64,000 bases of DNA from an uncultured Bacillota bacterium (lineage in GTDB: Bacteria > Bacillota > Limnochordia > Limnochordales > ZCTH02-B6). The position numbers and the translations under genes are program-made. The stretch spans positions 23,821 through 87,820 of the forward strand of contig CALJUZ010000131.1 of NCBI GenBank assembly GCA_937975235.1. The letters run 5' to 3'. Positions 28,647 to 38,636 of the stretch are shown here, one piece after another. The notes below the pieces were generated by a model, which saw only the letters and a program-made list of their open reading frames with translations, did not search any database and was not told the origin of the DNA. The first letter of the stretch is position 1; each line of letters starts with the position of its first letter.

Positions 28647-30026
28647 TTACACCGTCACTTCGTCCACGAACTTGGTGTACTCCTTGTAGAAGCGCAGCCG
28701 CACGCTGCCCGTCTCGCCTTTGCGCTGCTTGGCGAAGATGACTTCCACCACGCCCTCGGTGCCCTCCTCCCGGGCCCGCTCGGGATAGTAGTAATCGTCG
28801 CGGTAGAGGAAGATGACGACGTCGGCGAACTCCTCGATGTTGCCGCTGTCGCGCAGGTCCGACATGACGGGGCGCTTGTTGTCGCGGCTCTCCACCGAGC
28901 GGTTCAGCTGCGACAGCAAAATGATGGGCAAATCCAGCTCGCCCGCCAGATCCCGCAGCTCCCGCACGATGTCGCCCACCACCAGCGCCCAGTTTTTCGA
29001 CGTGTTGGCCGGCGGCTTGATGAGCTGCAGGTAGTCGATGACGATGAGGCCCAGATTGGGCTCCTCCGCCTTGACCTTGCGGGCCTGGGCCCGGATTTCC
29101 GACACCGTCATGCCCCGCCGGTCCACGATCTTGATGGGCAGCTGGTACAGCTCGTTGAAAATCGACTCGGTGCGGGCGAACTTCTCGTCGTCCATCCTGG
29201 TCTGGTAGTCGCGGGCCGTCACTTCCGCCGCGCCGTTTTCCTGCTTGTAGCGGAACAGCTCGCTGATGACCAGGCGGTCGCCGATCTGCACGTCGTCCAT
29301 CTCCAGGCTGAAGATGAGCACCGGCGTGCGCTCCCTGGACTTGGCCACGTTGACGGCCCAGTTGAGGACCAGCGACGTCTTGCCCATGGACGGCCGGGCC
29401 GCCAAAATGATGAGGTCGCCCTTCTTGAAGCCCGTCGTCATCATGTCGATGGAAGGATATTTCACCAACAGTCCCGACGGCCGGCGGCCCTCCCGGCGCT
29501 CCAGGAGCTCCAGATAGCATTTGCGCAGCACGTCCACCAAGTCTTTGATGTCGTCGCGCGTGTCGGCCTTGGCCGTCGCGGCGAAAATGAGCTCCTGGGC
29601 CCGGGCCTGGATGCGCTCGATGGGCTCGGTGTGCTCCAGCAGCACCATCTGCTGGATTTCCTCCACCGCCTGCATAATGCGGCGCCGGGCCAGCCGTTCG
29701 TTCAGCGAATCGACGCTGGGCCCCAGCTCCAGCTCGCTGACGAAAGACTCGGTGACGGCCATCAGCGCGTTGTTCCAGTCCACGCCTTCCACGCCGCGCA
29801 GCCGGTTGTACACTTGCGTGTACGAAATGCGGCCGCCCTGGTTGTACAAGTCCACCACGGCCTCGAACATTTGCCGGTAGACGGGATCAAAGAAGTGGTC
29901 CGGCGACAGCCGGTGCATCACCGTGTCCACGGTGTGGGGGTGCTTGATCAAAATGCCGATGACGCGGCGTTCCGCGTCGACGTCGGCCAGCCCGGGGTGC
30001 CGACGCGCGTCAGCCGTCGTATTCAT
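28647..30026 (-). CDS. dnaB: replicative DNA helicase DnaB (DnaC of B. subtilis)
   Basis: N-terminal domain (AERRVIGILIKHPH). Walker A GDLIILAARPSMGKTS. IVIDYLQLI. LSQLNRSVESR. Conserved rplI...dnaB neighbourhood. Confidence 0.95.
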   Translation of the reverse strand: MNTTADARRHPGLADVDAERRVIGILIKHPHTVDTVMHRLSPDHFFDPVYRQMFEAVVDLYNQGGRISYTQVYNRLRGVEGVDWNNALMAVTESFVSELELGPSVDSLNERLARRRIMQAVEEIQQMVLLEHTEPIERIQARAQELIFAATAKADTRDDIKDLVDVLRKCYLELLERREGRRPSGLLVKYPSIDMMTTGFKKGDLIILAARPSMGKTSLVLNWAVNVAKSRERTPVLIFSLEMDDVQIGDRLVISELFRYKQENGAAEVTARDYQTRMDDEKFARTESIFNELYQLPIKIVDRRGMTVSEIRAQARKVKAEEPNLGLIVIDYLQLIKPPANTSKNWALVVGDIVRELRDLAGELDLPIILLSQLNRSVESRDNKRPVMSDLRDSGNIEEFADVVIFLYRDDYYYPERAREEGTEGVVEVIFAKQRKGETGSVRLRFYKEYTKFVDEVTV

Positions 30027-30864
30027 CGGCGTACATCTCCTTCCAGCGGCGCACCGCGTCCGGGTCCACCGAGTCGTACGCGGCCGCGTTGGGCGCGCCC
30101 TCGCTGCGCTGCGGCAGCGCCGACGCGCGCGACTGGCGGCTGCGCTGCAGGTCGGCCACCGTGCGCACGCCGTCGTTGTACCAGTTGCGCAGCACCGCCT
30201 CCAGGTAGTTCATGCGCGGCGTCTTGGCGTTTTGCACCGTCTCCTCGATGGCCAGCGCGATGACGTCGGGCGACATGCCCATCTCCTCCAGCCAAAAGCG
30301 CAGCTTCTCGAACTGGGACGGGCCCAGCAGGCCGATGCGCTGGTGATAAAAAGCCACCACCGCCTCCAGGCCCGAGTCCGGGGCCGGAGGGGCCGTGCCG
30401 CCGTCGGCCGCGCCCCCGGCGACAGGCGGCGCGGCCCCGCCGGCCTCGGCCGTCTCCTCCGAGACCGTCGCTTCGGCCGCCGCGGCCGTCTGCGCCGCCG
30501 CGGTCAGCGCCGCTCCCGCGGGCGCCTCCGCGCCGGCCGGCGGGGCCGCGTCCGGCGGCGGCATGCACAGCGCCACGGCTTGTCCGCGCCGGACCAGAAG
30601 CCCGGCCCGCTCCAAATCGTCCAGAATGTGCTCCAGGCCCGCCGCGTCCACGCCCAGCCGCCGGGCCGTTTCGGCCACGGCGTCGCCGCGGAAGCCGGGC
30701 CGGCTCGCGAGCTCGTACAAGTTCAGCCAAGCCAGCACGGCCGGTCCGCCCACGACCGGCTGGTACACGGTGAACAGCTCCCGGGGCACGGCCAGCGGCC
30801 ACTCCCGCCCTCCTTCCGCCGTCACCGTCCATTGGACGGGCGCAGCAGCGCCTTCCGTGGTCAT
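30010..30864 (-). CDS. DnaD-domain protein (replication initiation / helicase-loading accessory, DnaB_2 C-terminal domain)
   Basis: The C-terminal region AFYHQRIGLLGPSQFEKLRFWLEEMGMSPDVIALAIEETVQNAKTPRMNYLEAVLRNWYNDGVRTVADL matches the DnaD/DnaB_2 repeat. N-terminal winged-helix-like region. Long Ala/Pro/Gly linker. Its stop overlaps the dnaB start by 17 nt. The start is uncertain (ATG 30864 or GTG 30897). Confidence 0.75.
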   Translation of the reverse strand: MTTEGAAAPVQWTVTAEGGREWPLAVPRELFTVYQPVVGGPAVLAWLNLYELASRPGFRGDAVAETARRLGVDAAGLEHILDDLERAGLLVRRGQAVALCMPPPDAAPPAGAEAPAGAALTAAAQTAAAAEATVSEETAEAGGAAPPVAGGAADGGTAPPAPDSGLEAVVAFYHQRIGLLGPSQFEKLRFWLEEMGMSPDVIALAIEETVQNAKTPRMNYLEAVLRNWYNDGVRTVADLQRSRQSRASALPQRSEGAPNAAAYDSVDPDAVRRWKEMYADEYDG

Positions 30865-30874
30865 ATCGCAGATC

Positions 30875-32011
30875 CTACCTCCCGGAAACGTGGTCACCCG
30901 CGGCCGCCTCGCGCCGGCGGCGCCGCTCGTGCCGCTCCAAGCCCAGCTGGATCAGACGGTCGATCAGTTCCGGGTACGGCAGGCCGGTGGCTTCCCACAG
31001 CTTGGGGAACATGCTGATGCGCGTGAAGCCGGGCATGGTGTTGATCTCATTCACCCAGACGGTCTCCGTCTCCTTGTGCACGAAAAAGTCCACGCGGGCC
31101 AGCCCGCTCCCGTCCACCGCCTGAAACGCGGCCACGGCCATGCGGCGCACCTGCTCCGCGGCGGCCTCGCTGATGCGGGCGGGAATAATCAGCTCGGACT
31201 CACCCGACACGTATTTGGCTTCGTAATCGTAAAAGTCGCCCGCGGGCACGATTTCGCCCGGAATGGACGCCTCGGGGCGGTCGTTGCCCAGAACGCTGAC
31301 TTCCACTTCGCGGCACTCCAGCGCCGCCCGCTCCACGATGACTTTGCGGTCGTGGCGCAGCGCCTCCTGCACCGCCGCGTCCAGCCCCTCCGGCGCCGCG
31401 ACGCGGCTGACGCCGACGCTGGACCCCAGATTGGCCGGCTTGACGAAACACGGATAGCCCAGCTCGTCGCTGATGCGCTCGCGCAGCCGCGCGGCGTCCT
31501 CGGCCCACTGCGCGTCGGTGAAAACGATGTAATCCAGCACCGGCAAGCCCGCGTGCCGGAAGGCCATTTTCATGAAGGCTTTGTCCATGGCCACGGCCGA
31601 GGCCGCCACGCCGGCGCCGACGTAGGGGACGCCGGCCAAGTCGAACAAGCCCTGGATGGTTCCGTCCTCGCCGTAGGGTCCGTGCAGCACGGGAAAGAAA
31701 ATGTCCGCGGACGCCAGCGCCGCGGCCGGACCGCTTTCCACGGGCGCGCCGGGCGCGGCCGCCCGCGCCGGCAGGCCGCCGCCCGCCACCAGGGAGCGGG
31801 GCGGGACGGCCCCGTCGGGCACGCGGCCTTCCATGAGGGTCTTGAGCGGATCGCCCCCCACCAGCCAGCGCCCGTCTTTGGCGATGCCCACGGGGATGAC
31901 TTCGTACCGCTCCTTGTCGATGGCGCTGATGATGCTTTGCGCCGACATGAGCGACACTTCGTGCTCGCCGGAGCGGCCGCCGAAGACGACGGCGACGCGC
32001 AGTTTGCCCAC
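30875..32011 (-). CDS. ddl: D-alanine--D-alanine ligase
   Basis: KLRVAVVFGGRSGEHEVSLMSA...HGPYGEDGTIQGLFDLAGVPYVG...EINTMPGFT. GTG 32011 lies 5 nt after GGAGTGG (the ORF-track start at 32020 is also possible). Confidence 0.93.
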   Translation of the reverse strand: MGKLRVAVVFGGRSGEHEVSLMSAQSIISAIDKERYEVIPVGIAKDGRWLVGGDPLKTLMEGRVPDGAVPPRSLVAGGGLPARAAAPGAPVESGPAAALASADIFFPVLHGPYGEDGTIQGLFDLAGVPYVGAGVAASAVAMDKAFMKMAFRHAGLPVLDYIVFTDAQWAEDAARLRERISDELGYPCFVKPANLGSSVGVSRVAAPEGLDAAVQEALRHDRKVIVERAALECREVEVSVLGNDRPEASIPGEIVPAGDFYDYEAKYVSGESELIIPARISEAAAEQVRRMAVAAFQAVDGSGLARVDFFVHKETETVWVNEINTMPGFTRISMFPKLWEATGLPYPELIDRLIQLGLERHERRRRREAAAGDHVSGR

Positions 32012-32096
32012 CGTTACCACTCCTAATAAAGGCCTCAGACTGCTACACCATATTCACGCGGGCGGGCGCTGCGCCGTCGGCCGGCATCCGTCCCGC

Positions 32097-33301
<1,205 letters not shown>

Positions 33302-33305
<4 letters not shown>

Positions 33306-34174
33306 GCCTCCGCCTCCTTGCCTCGCAAAGCTTCCAGCAGCGCCTCGCGCATCACGTTCGCGGGCGCCGGCGTGCCCGTCCAGCACTCAAAGGCCTCCAC
33401 GCCCTGGTACAGCAACATGCCCCAGCCCGGCAGCGTGCGGCAGCCCCGGGCCTCGGCCGCCCGGAGCAGCGGCGTTTTCAGCGGCGTGTAGACGATGTCG
33501 GCCACCAGGTGCCGCGGCGCCAGCAAATCCGGATCCAGGGGCAGCGAAGGGTCGCCCGCCATGCCGACGGATGTGGTCTGCACCACCGCGTCCGCGGCCC
33601 GCAGCTCCGCGGCCAAAGGTTCCCGGGCCAGGGACAAACCGGCCGACGACGCGCCGTGCCGCGCGACGTCCTCCGCCAGCCGCCGAGCTTTGCTTTCCGT
33701 GCGGTTGGCCACGGCCACCCGCTCGGCCCCGGCCCGCGCCAGCGCGATGGCCACGGCCCGGGCCGCGCCGCCCGCGCCGAGCACCAGCACGCGGGCGCCA
33801 TGCGGGTCAAACCCCGCCACTTCCCGCAGCGAGCGCACGAAGCCGGAGCCGTCGGTGTTGTGGCCCACCAGCCGGCCGCTGTCGTTGACGATGGTATTGA
33901 CCGCGCCCATGGCGGCCGCCTCGGGCGTCAGCTCGTCCAAAAACGGAATGACCGCCGTCTTGTGGGGCACGGTGACGTTGACGCCCCGGATGGACAGCGC
34001 TTTGACGCCCGCCAGCGCGGCGCTCACCGCGTCGTCCGCCACTTCAAAGGGCACGTACACCCAGTCCATGCCCAAGTGGGCGAAGGCGCGGTTGTGCATG
34101 CGCGGCGAGAGCGAATGGGCCACCGGCCGGCCGATGAGGCCCACCACGGCCGCGGCCCCCGTCAGCTCCGTCAC
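33302..34174 (-). CDS. aroE: shikimate dehydrogenase
   Basis: [21 protein letters not shown]...GVNVTVPHK...NTDGSGF...[14 protein letters not shown] start with GGGAGGG RBS. Confidence 0.92.
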
Positions 34175-34207
34175 GCCCGTCCCTCCCGCTTCCCGACCGC
34201 GCGGCGC

Positions 34208-34657
34208 TTACTTGTCCTCGACCAAATCCACCTTCAGCTGCGCCTGCACGCCCGGGTACAGCCGCACCGTCACCGTGTGGGCGCCCACGGTTTTCAGCGG
34301 CTCGTCCAGCTCGATGCGGCGCTTGTCCACGCGGACGCCCAGCTGCTTCTCCACGTGCTCCGCGATGTCGCCCGACGTCACCGAGCCGAACAGGCGGCCG
34401 CCCTCGCCGGCTTTCACCTTAATGACCAGCGTTCCCCGGGCCAGCTTGTCCGCGGCCTCCCGGGCTTCCGCCTCCTCCCGGGCCTGCTTGGCCGCGGCGC
34501 GCTTTTGCCGCTGCTCGTGCTGCTTCAAGTTGGCGCCCGTGGCCTCCACGGCCAGGCCCCGGGGAATCAGGAAGTTGCGCGCGTACCCTTCGGCCACGTC
34601 CACGACTTCGTCTTTGCGGCCGATGTTTTTCACGTCCTGAAGCAAAATGACTTTCAA
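34208..34657 (-). CDS. rplI: 50S ribosomal protein L9
   Basis: (M)[42 protein letters not shown] 34657 lies 6 nt after GGAGGAG. The ORF-track start at 34726 is an extension. Confidence 0.95.
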   Translation of the reverse strand: MKVILLQDVKNIGRKDEVVDVAEGYARNFLIPRGLAVEATGANLKQHEQRQKRAAAKQAREEAEAREAADKLARGTLVIKVKAGEGGRLFGSVTSGDIAEHVEKQLGVRVDKRRIELDEPLKTVGAHTVTVRLYPGVQAQLKVDLVEDK

Positions 34658-34679
34658 CAAAATCTCCTCCCGTCGCCCG

Positions 34680-35753
34680 TCACACCGCGCCCGGGGGCGC
34701 CTCCCCGCCGCCGGCGTTCCCGGCACCGCCTTCGTCGCCGCTTTCCCGGGGCAGCCGACGGAAGTTGAGCCACGTGTCCAGCGCGCCGATCCACGTCAGG
34801 ACGAAGGGCGCCAGCCAGTACACGGCCACCAGCAAGATGACGGCCAGCGGCCGGCCGAGACCGCCCCGGCGCAGCCAGTGCCAGCCCACCGCCGCCCCCT
34901 GCACGGCGAACAAGGGGTTGAACACGATGAGCAAGTTGTGGCCGATGACGCCCGCGGCGCCGTCGCCGGATCCGAAAAACACCAGCAAGTGGCCGGCCAG
35001 GAAGCCCAGGGCGAAGGTCCACGGCCAGCGCCACCGGGCGAAGGGCGGAAAGGCCGGCACCGCGTCGCCCAGCCGCCGCAGGGCCAGGCCGGCAAAGGTG
35101 GTGTTGATGAACGCGCCGAAGAGCGCGCCCGCGGAAATCAAGCCGGGAAACAGGGGCCGCATCAGTGTGAAGCTCAGCTCCACATCGGCCACGGCCTGCT
35201 GCAGCGCCCGCATCGTCTCCGCGTCGGCGCCGCCCCGCTGGGCTTCCGACACGACGCCCCGCATCATCTCCAGCAAGTACTCGATGGACACGGCGAACAC
35301 GTCCACGCCCTGCAGCAGCAGCGCGCCCGCCCACACGGCGAAGCCCGGCAGCACCGCAGCCGCAAAGGCCAGCCAAAAGGCCTGCCACCACGACGCGCCC
35401 TCGCGCCAGGCGCCGCCGATGACCATGCCGACGAGGCCCAAGGTCACCAGGGCGATCATCGTCGCGACGGAATACGACTGCAGCGCCTCATCGGAGACGA
35501 CCGCCGGCACGTCGGCGAACATGCTGCGCTGGGCGAAGGCCACCAGCACCAGCGTCGCCACCGCCACCACGGTGCCGGGCCGGTAGCCTTCCCGGTACAC
35601 CAAAACGGCCAGCGGCACGGGTGCCAGGAACAGCAGCGGCACCATGAAAAACGCCCCGGCCAGGGCCAGCAGCATCGTCGAAGCGCCGAGCGCGAAGCGG
35701 CCGCCGCCATGCCGCCCTTCCTCAGGCGGCCGCGGTTCGTGCACGGCCCTCAC
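34680..35753 (-). CDS. yybS: DUF2232 (YybS-like) membrane protein
   Basis: Polytopic membrane protein in the conserved rpsR...yybS...rplI position. GTG 35753 overlaps the upstream stop (GTGA). Confidence 0.7.
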   Translation of the reverse strand: MRAVHEPRPPEEGRHGGGRFALGASTMLLALAGAFFMVPLLFLAPVPLAVLVYREGYRPGTVVAVATLVLVAFAQRSMFADVPAVVSDEALQSYSVATMIALVTLGLVGMVIGGAWREGASWWQAFWLAFAAAVLPGFAVWAGALLLQGVDVFAVSIEYLLEMMRGVVSEAQRGGADAETMRALQQAVADVELSFTLMRPLFPGLISAGALFGAFINTTFAGLALRRLGDAVPAFPPFARWRWPWTFALGFLAGHLLVFFGSGDGAAGVIGHNLLIVFNPLFAVQGAAVGWHWLRRGGLGRPLAVILLVAVYWLAPFVLTWIGALDTWLNFRRLPRESGDEGGAGNAGGGEAPPGAV

Positions 35754-36070
35754 CCCGCCCCGTGGCGCATATATTCCAAGAGCTCGGAACAGTCACCAAA
35801 CCATTGCTCCGCTTCGTGCCCCTGCTCCACCATGGCCTGCAGCCGTCGCCCGATGGCCTCGTCCAGGCCCGCGTAGGAGATGCCCAGCCGTTTGCTGAGG
35901 GCGAACGCGCTGACGACCATGGCGGCCAGTGCGTCCTCGATGGCTTGTTGGTCGTTGCGGTACATGCTGTCGTACAGAGCGGCGACGCCGGCGGCGGCAT
36001 CGGCCTTGAGACGTTCGATGGCTTGCAGGTTGCGCGCTACGTCCGTCCTGGCTCCTCCGGCCGCGATCAC
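35750..36070 (-). CDS. small helical protein, possibly MazG-like NTP pyrophosphohydrolase fold
   Basis: QQAIEDALAAMVVSAFALSKRLGIS resembles the E..D helix of small MazG-like proteins (e.g. YpjD). GTG 36070 lies 9 nt after GGAGG. The ORF-track start at 36169 would run through the rpsR terminator hairpin. Confidence 0.45.
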   Translation of the reverse strand: MIAAGGARTDVARNLQAIERLKADAAAGVAALYDSMYRNDQQAIEDALAAMVVSAFALSKRLGISYAGLDEAIGRRLQAMVEQGHEAEQWFGDCSELLEYMRHGAG

Positions 36071-36138
36071 GGCCCACCACCTCCGTCCGTACCTCCCGGA
36101 CTTCGTCGCGGTCCCGAACCTATCCTGCCCTGGCCGCC

Positions 36139-36171
36139 GGAGACGACAAGGGTGGACCCGAAAGCCCACCC
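36139..36171 (-). terminator. candidate terminator after rpsR
   Basis: Minus strand reads GGGTGG-GCTTTCGGGT-CCACCC followed by TTGTCGTCT (a weak U-tract). Confidence 0.35.
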
Positions 36172-36240
36172 TGTGCTGAAACCGATATGGATTCCGCCCG
36201 CGTGCGCGGGCGTGCGAGCGTGCGCCTCCCGGCGCGCCCC

Positions 36241-36465
36241 TCAGTCCGTCGTGTAAGGCAGCAGCGCAACCTGCCGGGCCCGCTTGATGGCCACGGTCAG
36301 CTGGCGCTGGTGCCGGGCGCAGTTGCCGGTGATGCGCCGCGGCAGCATCTTGGCCCGCTCGGTCAGGAAGCGGCGCAAGCGGCCGGTTTCCTTATAATCG
36401 ATGCGGTCGATTTTGTCGACGCAGAACGCGCAAACCTTTCTTCTGCGCCTCCGTTCCCGCCGCAC
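36241..36465 (-). CDS. rpsR: 30S ribosomal protein S18
   Basis: [67 protein letters not shown] 36465 lies 6 nt after GGGAGGA. The upstream in-frame ATGs at 36471 and 36480 contain that SD. Confidence 0.93.
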   Translation of the reverse strand: MRRERRRRRKVCAFCVDKIDRIDYKETGRLRRFLTERAKMLPRRITGNCARHQRQLTVAIKRARQVALLPYTTD

Positions 36466-36525
36466 AAGCATTCCTCCCATCCTGCAAACCGCCGGCCGCG
36501 GACGGAGGCGTCCGCGGCGGCGCGT

Positions 36526-36921
36526 TTAAAAGGGAACTTCGTCTTCTTCAAAGCCCGGGAAAGGGTCGGCCGCCGGGCCCGTGCCTTCGGACGGGCCGTC
36601 TTTCGGCCAATCCAGAAAGCGCACGTTGTCGGCCACCACTTCGGTAATCCAGCGGGTGCCGCCGTCCTGGGCCTGGTACGAGCGGGTCTGCAGGCGGCCT
36701 TCCACGGCCACCAGCCGCCCTTTGCCCAGGTTGTGCGCGCACACCTCCGCGAGCTTGCGCCACGTGACGACGGTGAAAAAGTCCGTCTCGCGCTCGCCCT
36801 GCTGGTTCTTGAACGGCCGATCCACAGCGATGCGGAAGTTGGTCACCGGAACGCCCGTCTGGGTGTACCGCAGCTCGGGATCCGTGGCCAGGCGCCCGAT
36901 TAGAATTACCCGGTTCAGCAA
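36526..36921 (-). CDS. ssb: single-stranded DNA-binding protein
   Basis: MLNRVILIGRLATDPELRYTQTGVPVTNFRIAV... with the C-terminal acidic tip EEDEVPF. TTG start 8 nt after GGAGGAGG. Confidence 0.95.
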   Translation of the reverse strand: MLNRVILIGRLATDPELRYTQTGVPVTNFRIAVDRPFKNQQGERETDFFTVVTWRKLAEVCAHNLGKGRLVAVEGRLQTRSYQAQDGGTRWITEVVADNVRFLDWPKDGPSEGTGPAADPFPGFEEDEVPF

Positions 36922-36945
36922 CGTCAGACCCTCCTCCGCGCTCGC

Positions 36946-37500
36946 TTACGACTCCTGCTTCCCGGCCGCTTCGTCGGCATCGTCGCCGGCTTCGGCGGAA
37001 GCCTTGGCTTCCTCTTCGGCGTCGGCGCCGGCTTCGGCTTCGGCGGGAGCGTCGGTTTCGGCTGCCGCTTCCGCTTCGGCGCCCGCTTCCTCCGCCGCCT
37101 CCGTCTCCGCCGCGTCGCCCGCGCCTTCATCGCCTTCGGACGGCTCCTCGGCCGGCTTTTCCTCGGCCTTCACGGACTCCGGCGCCGCGGCCGCGGACTT
37201 CGGCACGGCCGTGGGGAATTCGTCCCGCACGACGAGGAAGCGCATGACTGCGTCGGTAATGCGCATGATGCGCTCCAGTTCCGTGGTGATGCCGGGTTGG
37301 CCTTGGAACTTGATGACGACGTAGTAGCCTTCGGTGTGGCCGTCGATCTCGTAAGCGAGCCGACGCTTGCCCCAGGGGTCGACGTGGGTGATCTGGCCGC
37401 CTTGGTCGGTGATGACGTCGGTCAGGCGGTTGATGACCGCGTCCAGCGCGTCCTGTTCCAGGTTCGGCCGGAGGACGACCATCGCCTCATACGGTCGCAC
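36946..37500 (-). CDS. rpsF: 30S ribosomal protein S6 with a roughly 85-aa acidic Ala/Glu-rich C-terminal extension
   Basis: MRPYEAMVVLRPNLEQDALDAVINRL...GKRRLAYEIDGHTEGYYVVIKF core. GTG start 7 nt after GGAGGTG. Confidence 0.95.
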   Translation of the reverse strand: MRPYEAMVVLRPNLEQDALDAVINRLTDVITDQGGQITHVDPWGKRRLAYEIDGHTEGYYVVIKFQGQPGITTELERIMRITDAVMRFLVVRDEFPTAVPKSAAAAPESVKAEEKPAEEPSEGDEGAGDAAETEAAEEAGAEAEAAAETDAPAEAEAGADAEEEAKASAEAGDDADEAAGKQES

Positions 37501-37590
37501 GCGGCTTCACCTCCTCCCTATGGACTTTGGCCGCAAGCAGCGGCCACGGCCCCGGATCCAAAACGTCCGGAGCAGGGATACCGCCCCAGT

Positions 37591-37619
37591 ATTATACACC
37601 GCCCTCGGCGCCGCGGCAA
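37591..37619 (-). promoter_or_regulatory. candidate promoter of rpsF-ssb-rpsR
   Basis: Minus strand reads TTGCCG (37619-37614), 17-nt spacer, TATAAT (37596-37591). Confidence 0.5.
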
Positions 37620-37642
37620 TAGACGCCGCGCCCGCCCCCGCT

Positions 37643-37858
37643 TTACGGCGTCGCGCCGGTTTCTTCATCATAAACGCGGTGAACCACGGCCTTCACCTGC
37701 TTCTCAAACTTGCGCCGGGGCAGCATGACGACGCGGCCGCAGCCGAGGCACTTGATGCGGAAGTCCATGCCCGTTCGCAGCACCTCCCAGCGGTCGTCGC
37801 CGCACGGGTGCGGCTTGCGCATCTGCACGACGTCGCCCAGATAAAACTTGGCCGGCAA
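37643..37858 (-). CDS. DUF951 family small protein
   Basis: (M)PAKFYLGDVVQMRKPHPCGDDRWEVLRTGMDFRIKCLGCGRVVMLPRRKFEK is a typical DUF951 Zn-ribbon-like pattern found upstream of rpsF. TTG 37858 lies 9 nt after GGAGG. The 362-aa ORF-track entry is an extension antisense to rpsD. Confidence 0.75.
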   Translation of the reverse strand: MPAKFYLGDVVQMRKPHPCGDDRWEVLRTGMDFRIKCLGCGRVVMLPRRKFEKQVKAVVHRVYDEETGATP

Positions 37859-37984
37859 GGCCAACCGCCTCCTTGACGGAAAAATACTTGATCGGTGCTG
37901 GACAAAAGTATATCTTATTAGGAGTGAAACCCCGTAAGTTGCCAAGGCTGCTGGCGACCATTTTTGTTGGAGGATGGATGTGGC

Positions 37985-38590
37985 ATGGCAAGACAGACCG
38001 GACCTAAGCACCGCATTTGCCGGCGCGTCGGCGAACCGGTATGCGGCTCGCCCAAGTGCCCGGCGCTCAAGCGTCCCTACCCGCCCGGCCAGCACGGCAA
38101 GTCGCCGCGGCGCCGGGTGTCGGAGTATGGCCGCCAGCTGCTGGAGAAGCAAAAGATTCGCGCCATTTACGGCGTCTCGGAGACGTACCTGCGCAACACC
38201 TTCAAGAAGGCGGCGCGCTCCCGGGGCCGCACGGGTGAAATCGCCCTGCAGATGCTGGAGACGCGGCTGGACAACCTGGTCTACCGCATGGGCTTCGCCC
38301 CGACGCTGCCGGGCGCCCGCCAGCTGGTGACCCACGGGCACATCCTGGTGGACGGCCGCAAGGTGAACATTCCGTCCTACCTGGTCCAGCCCGGCCAGGT
38401 CATCTCCGTGTCCGAGCGGGCCCGCAACCTGCCCATCGTGGCCGCCACGCTGGAGGCCGGGCCGCCCCACGTGCCCTACGTCGAGGTGGACGTGGAGAGC
38501 CGCTCGGGCCGGCTGCTGAACATTCCGGCGCGCGAGGAGATTCCGATCAAGGTCAATGAGACCCTCGTGGTCGAGTTCTACGCCCGCTGA
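37985..38590 (+). CDS. rpsD: 30S ribosomal protein S4
   Basis: MARQTGPKHRICRRVGEPVCGS...YGRQLLEKQKIRAIYGV...LETRLDNLVYRMGFA...ARQLVTHGHILVDGRKVNIPSY. GGAGGATGG RBS. Confidence 0.95.
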   Translation: MARQTGPKHRICRRVGEPVCGSPKCPALKRPYPPGQHGKSPRRRVSEYGRQLLEKQKIRAIYGVSETYLRNTFKKAARSRGRTGEIALQMLETRLDNLVYRMGFAPTLPGARQLVTHGHILVDGRKVNIPSYLVQPGQVISVSERARNLPIVAATLEAGPPHVPYVEVDVESRSGRLLNIPAREEIPIKVNETLVVEFYAR

Positions 38591-38636
38591 TCGCACGGTT
38601 CTAAGAAAATCGTCCGGTGGGAAACCGGCGTCGGGA

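Noticed and set aside
37859-37984. S4 autoregulatory leader and promoter calls in the DUF951-rpsD divergent spacer
   Set aside because: Several TTGAC/TTGAT-like hexamers (37873, 37888) are present, but none pairs with a convincing -10 at 16-18 nt. I could not define a specific structure by eye, so no feature is reported.
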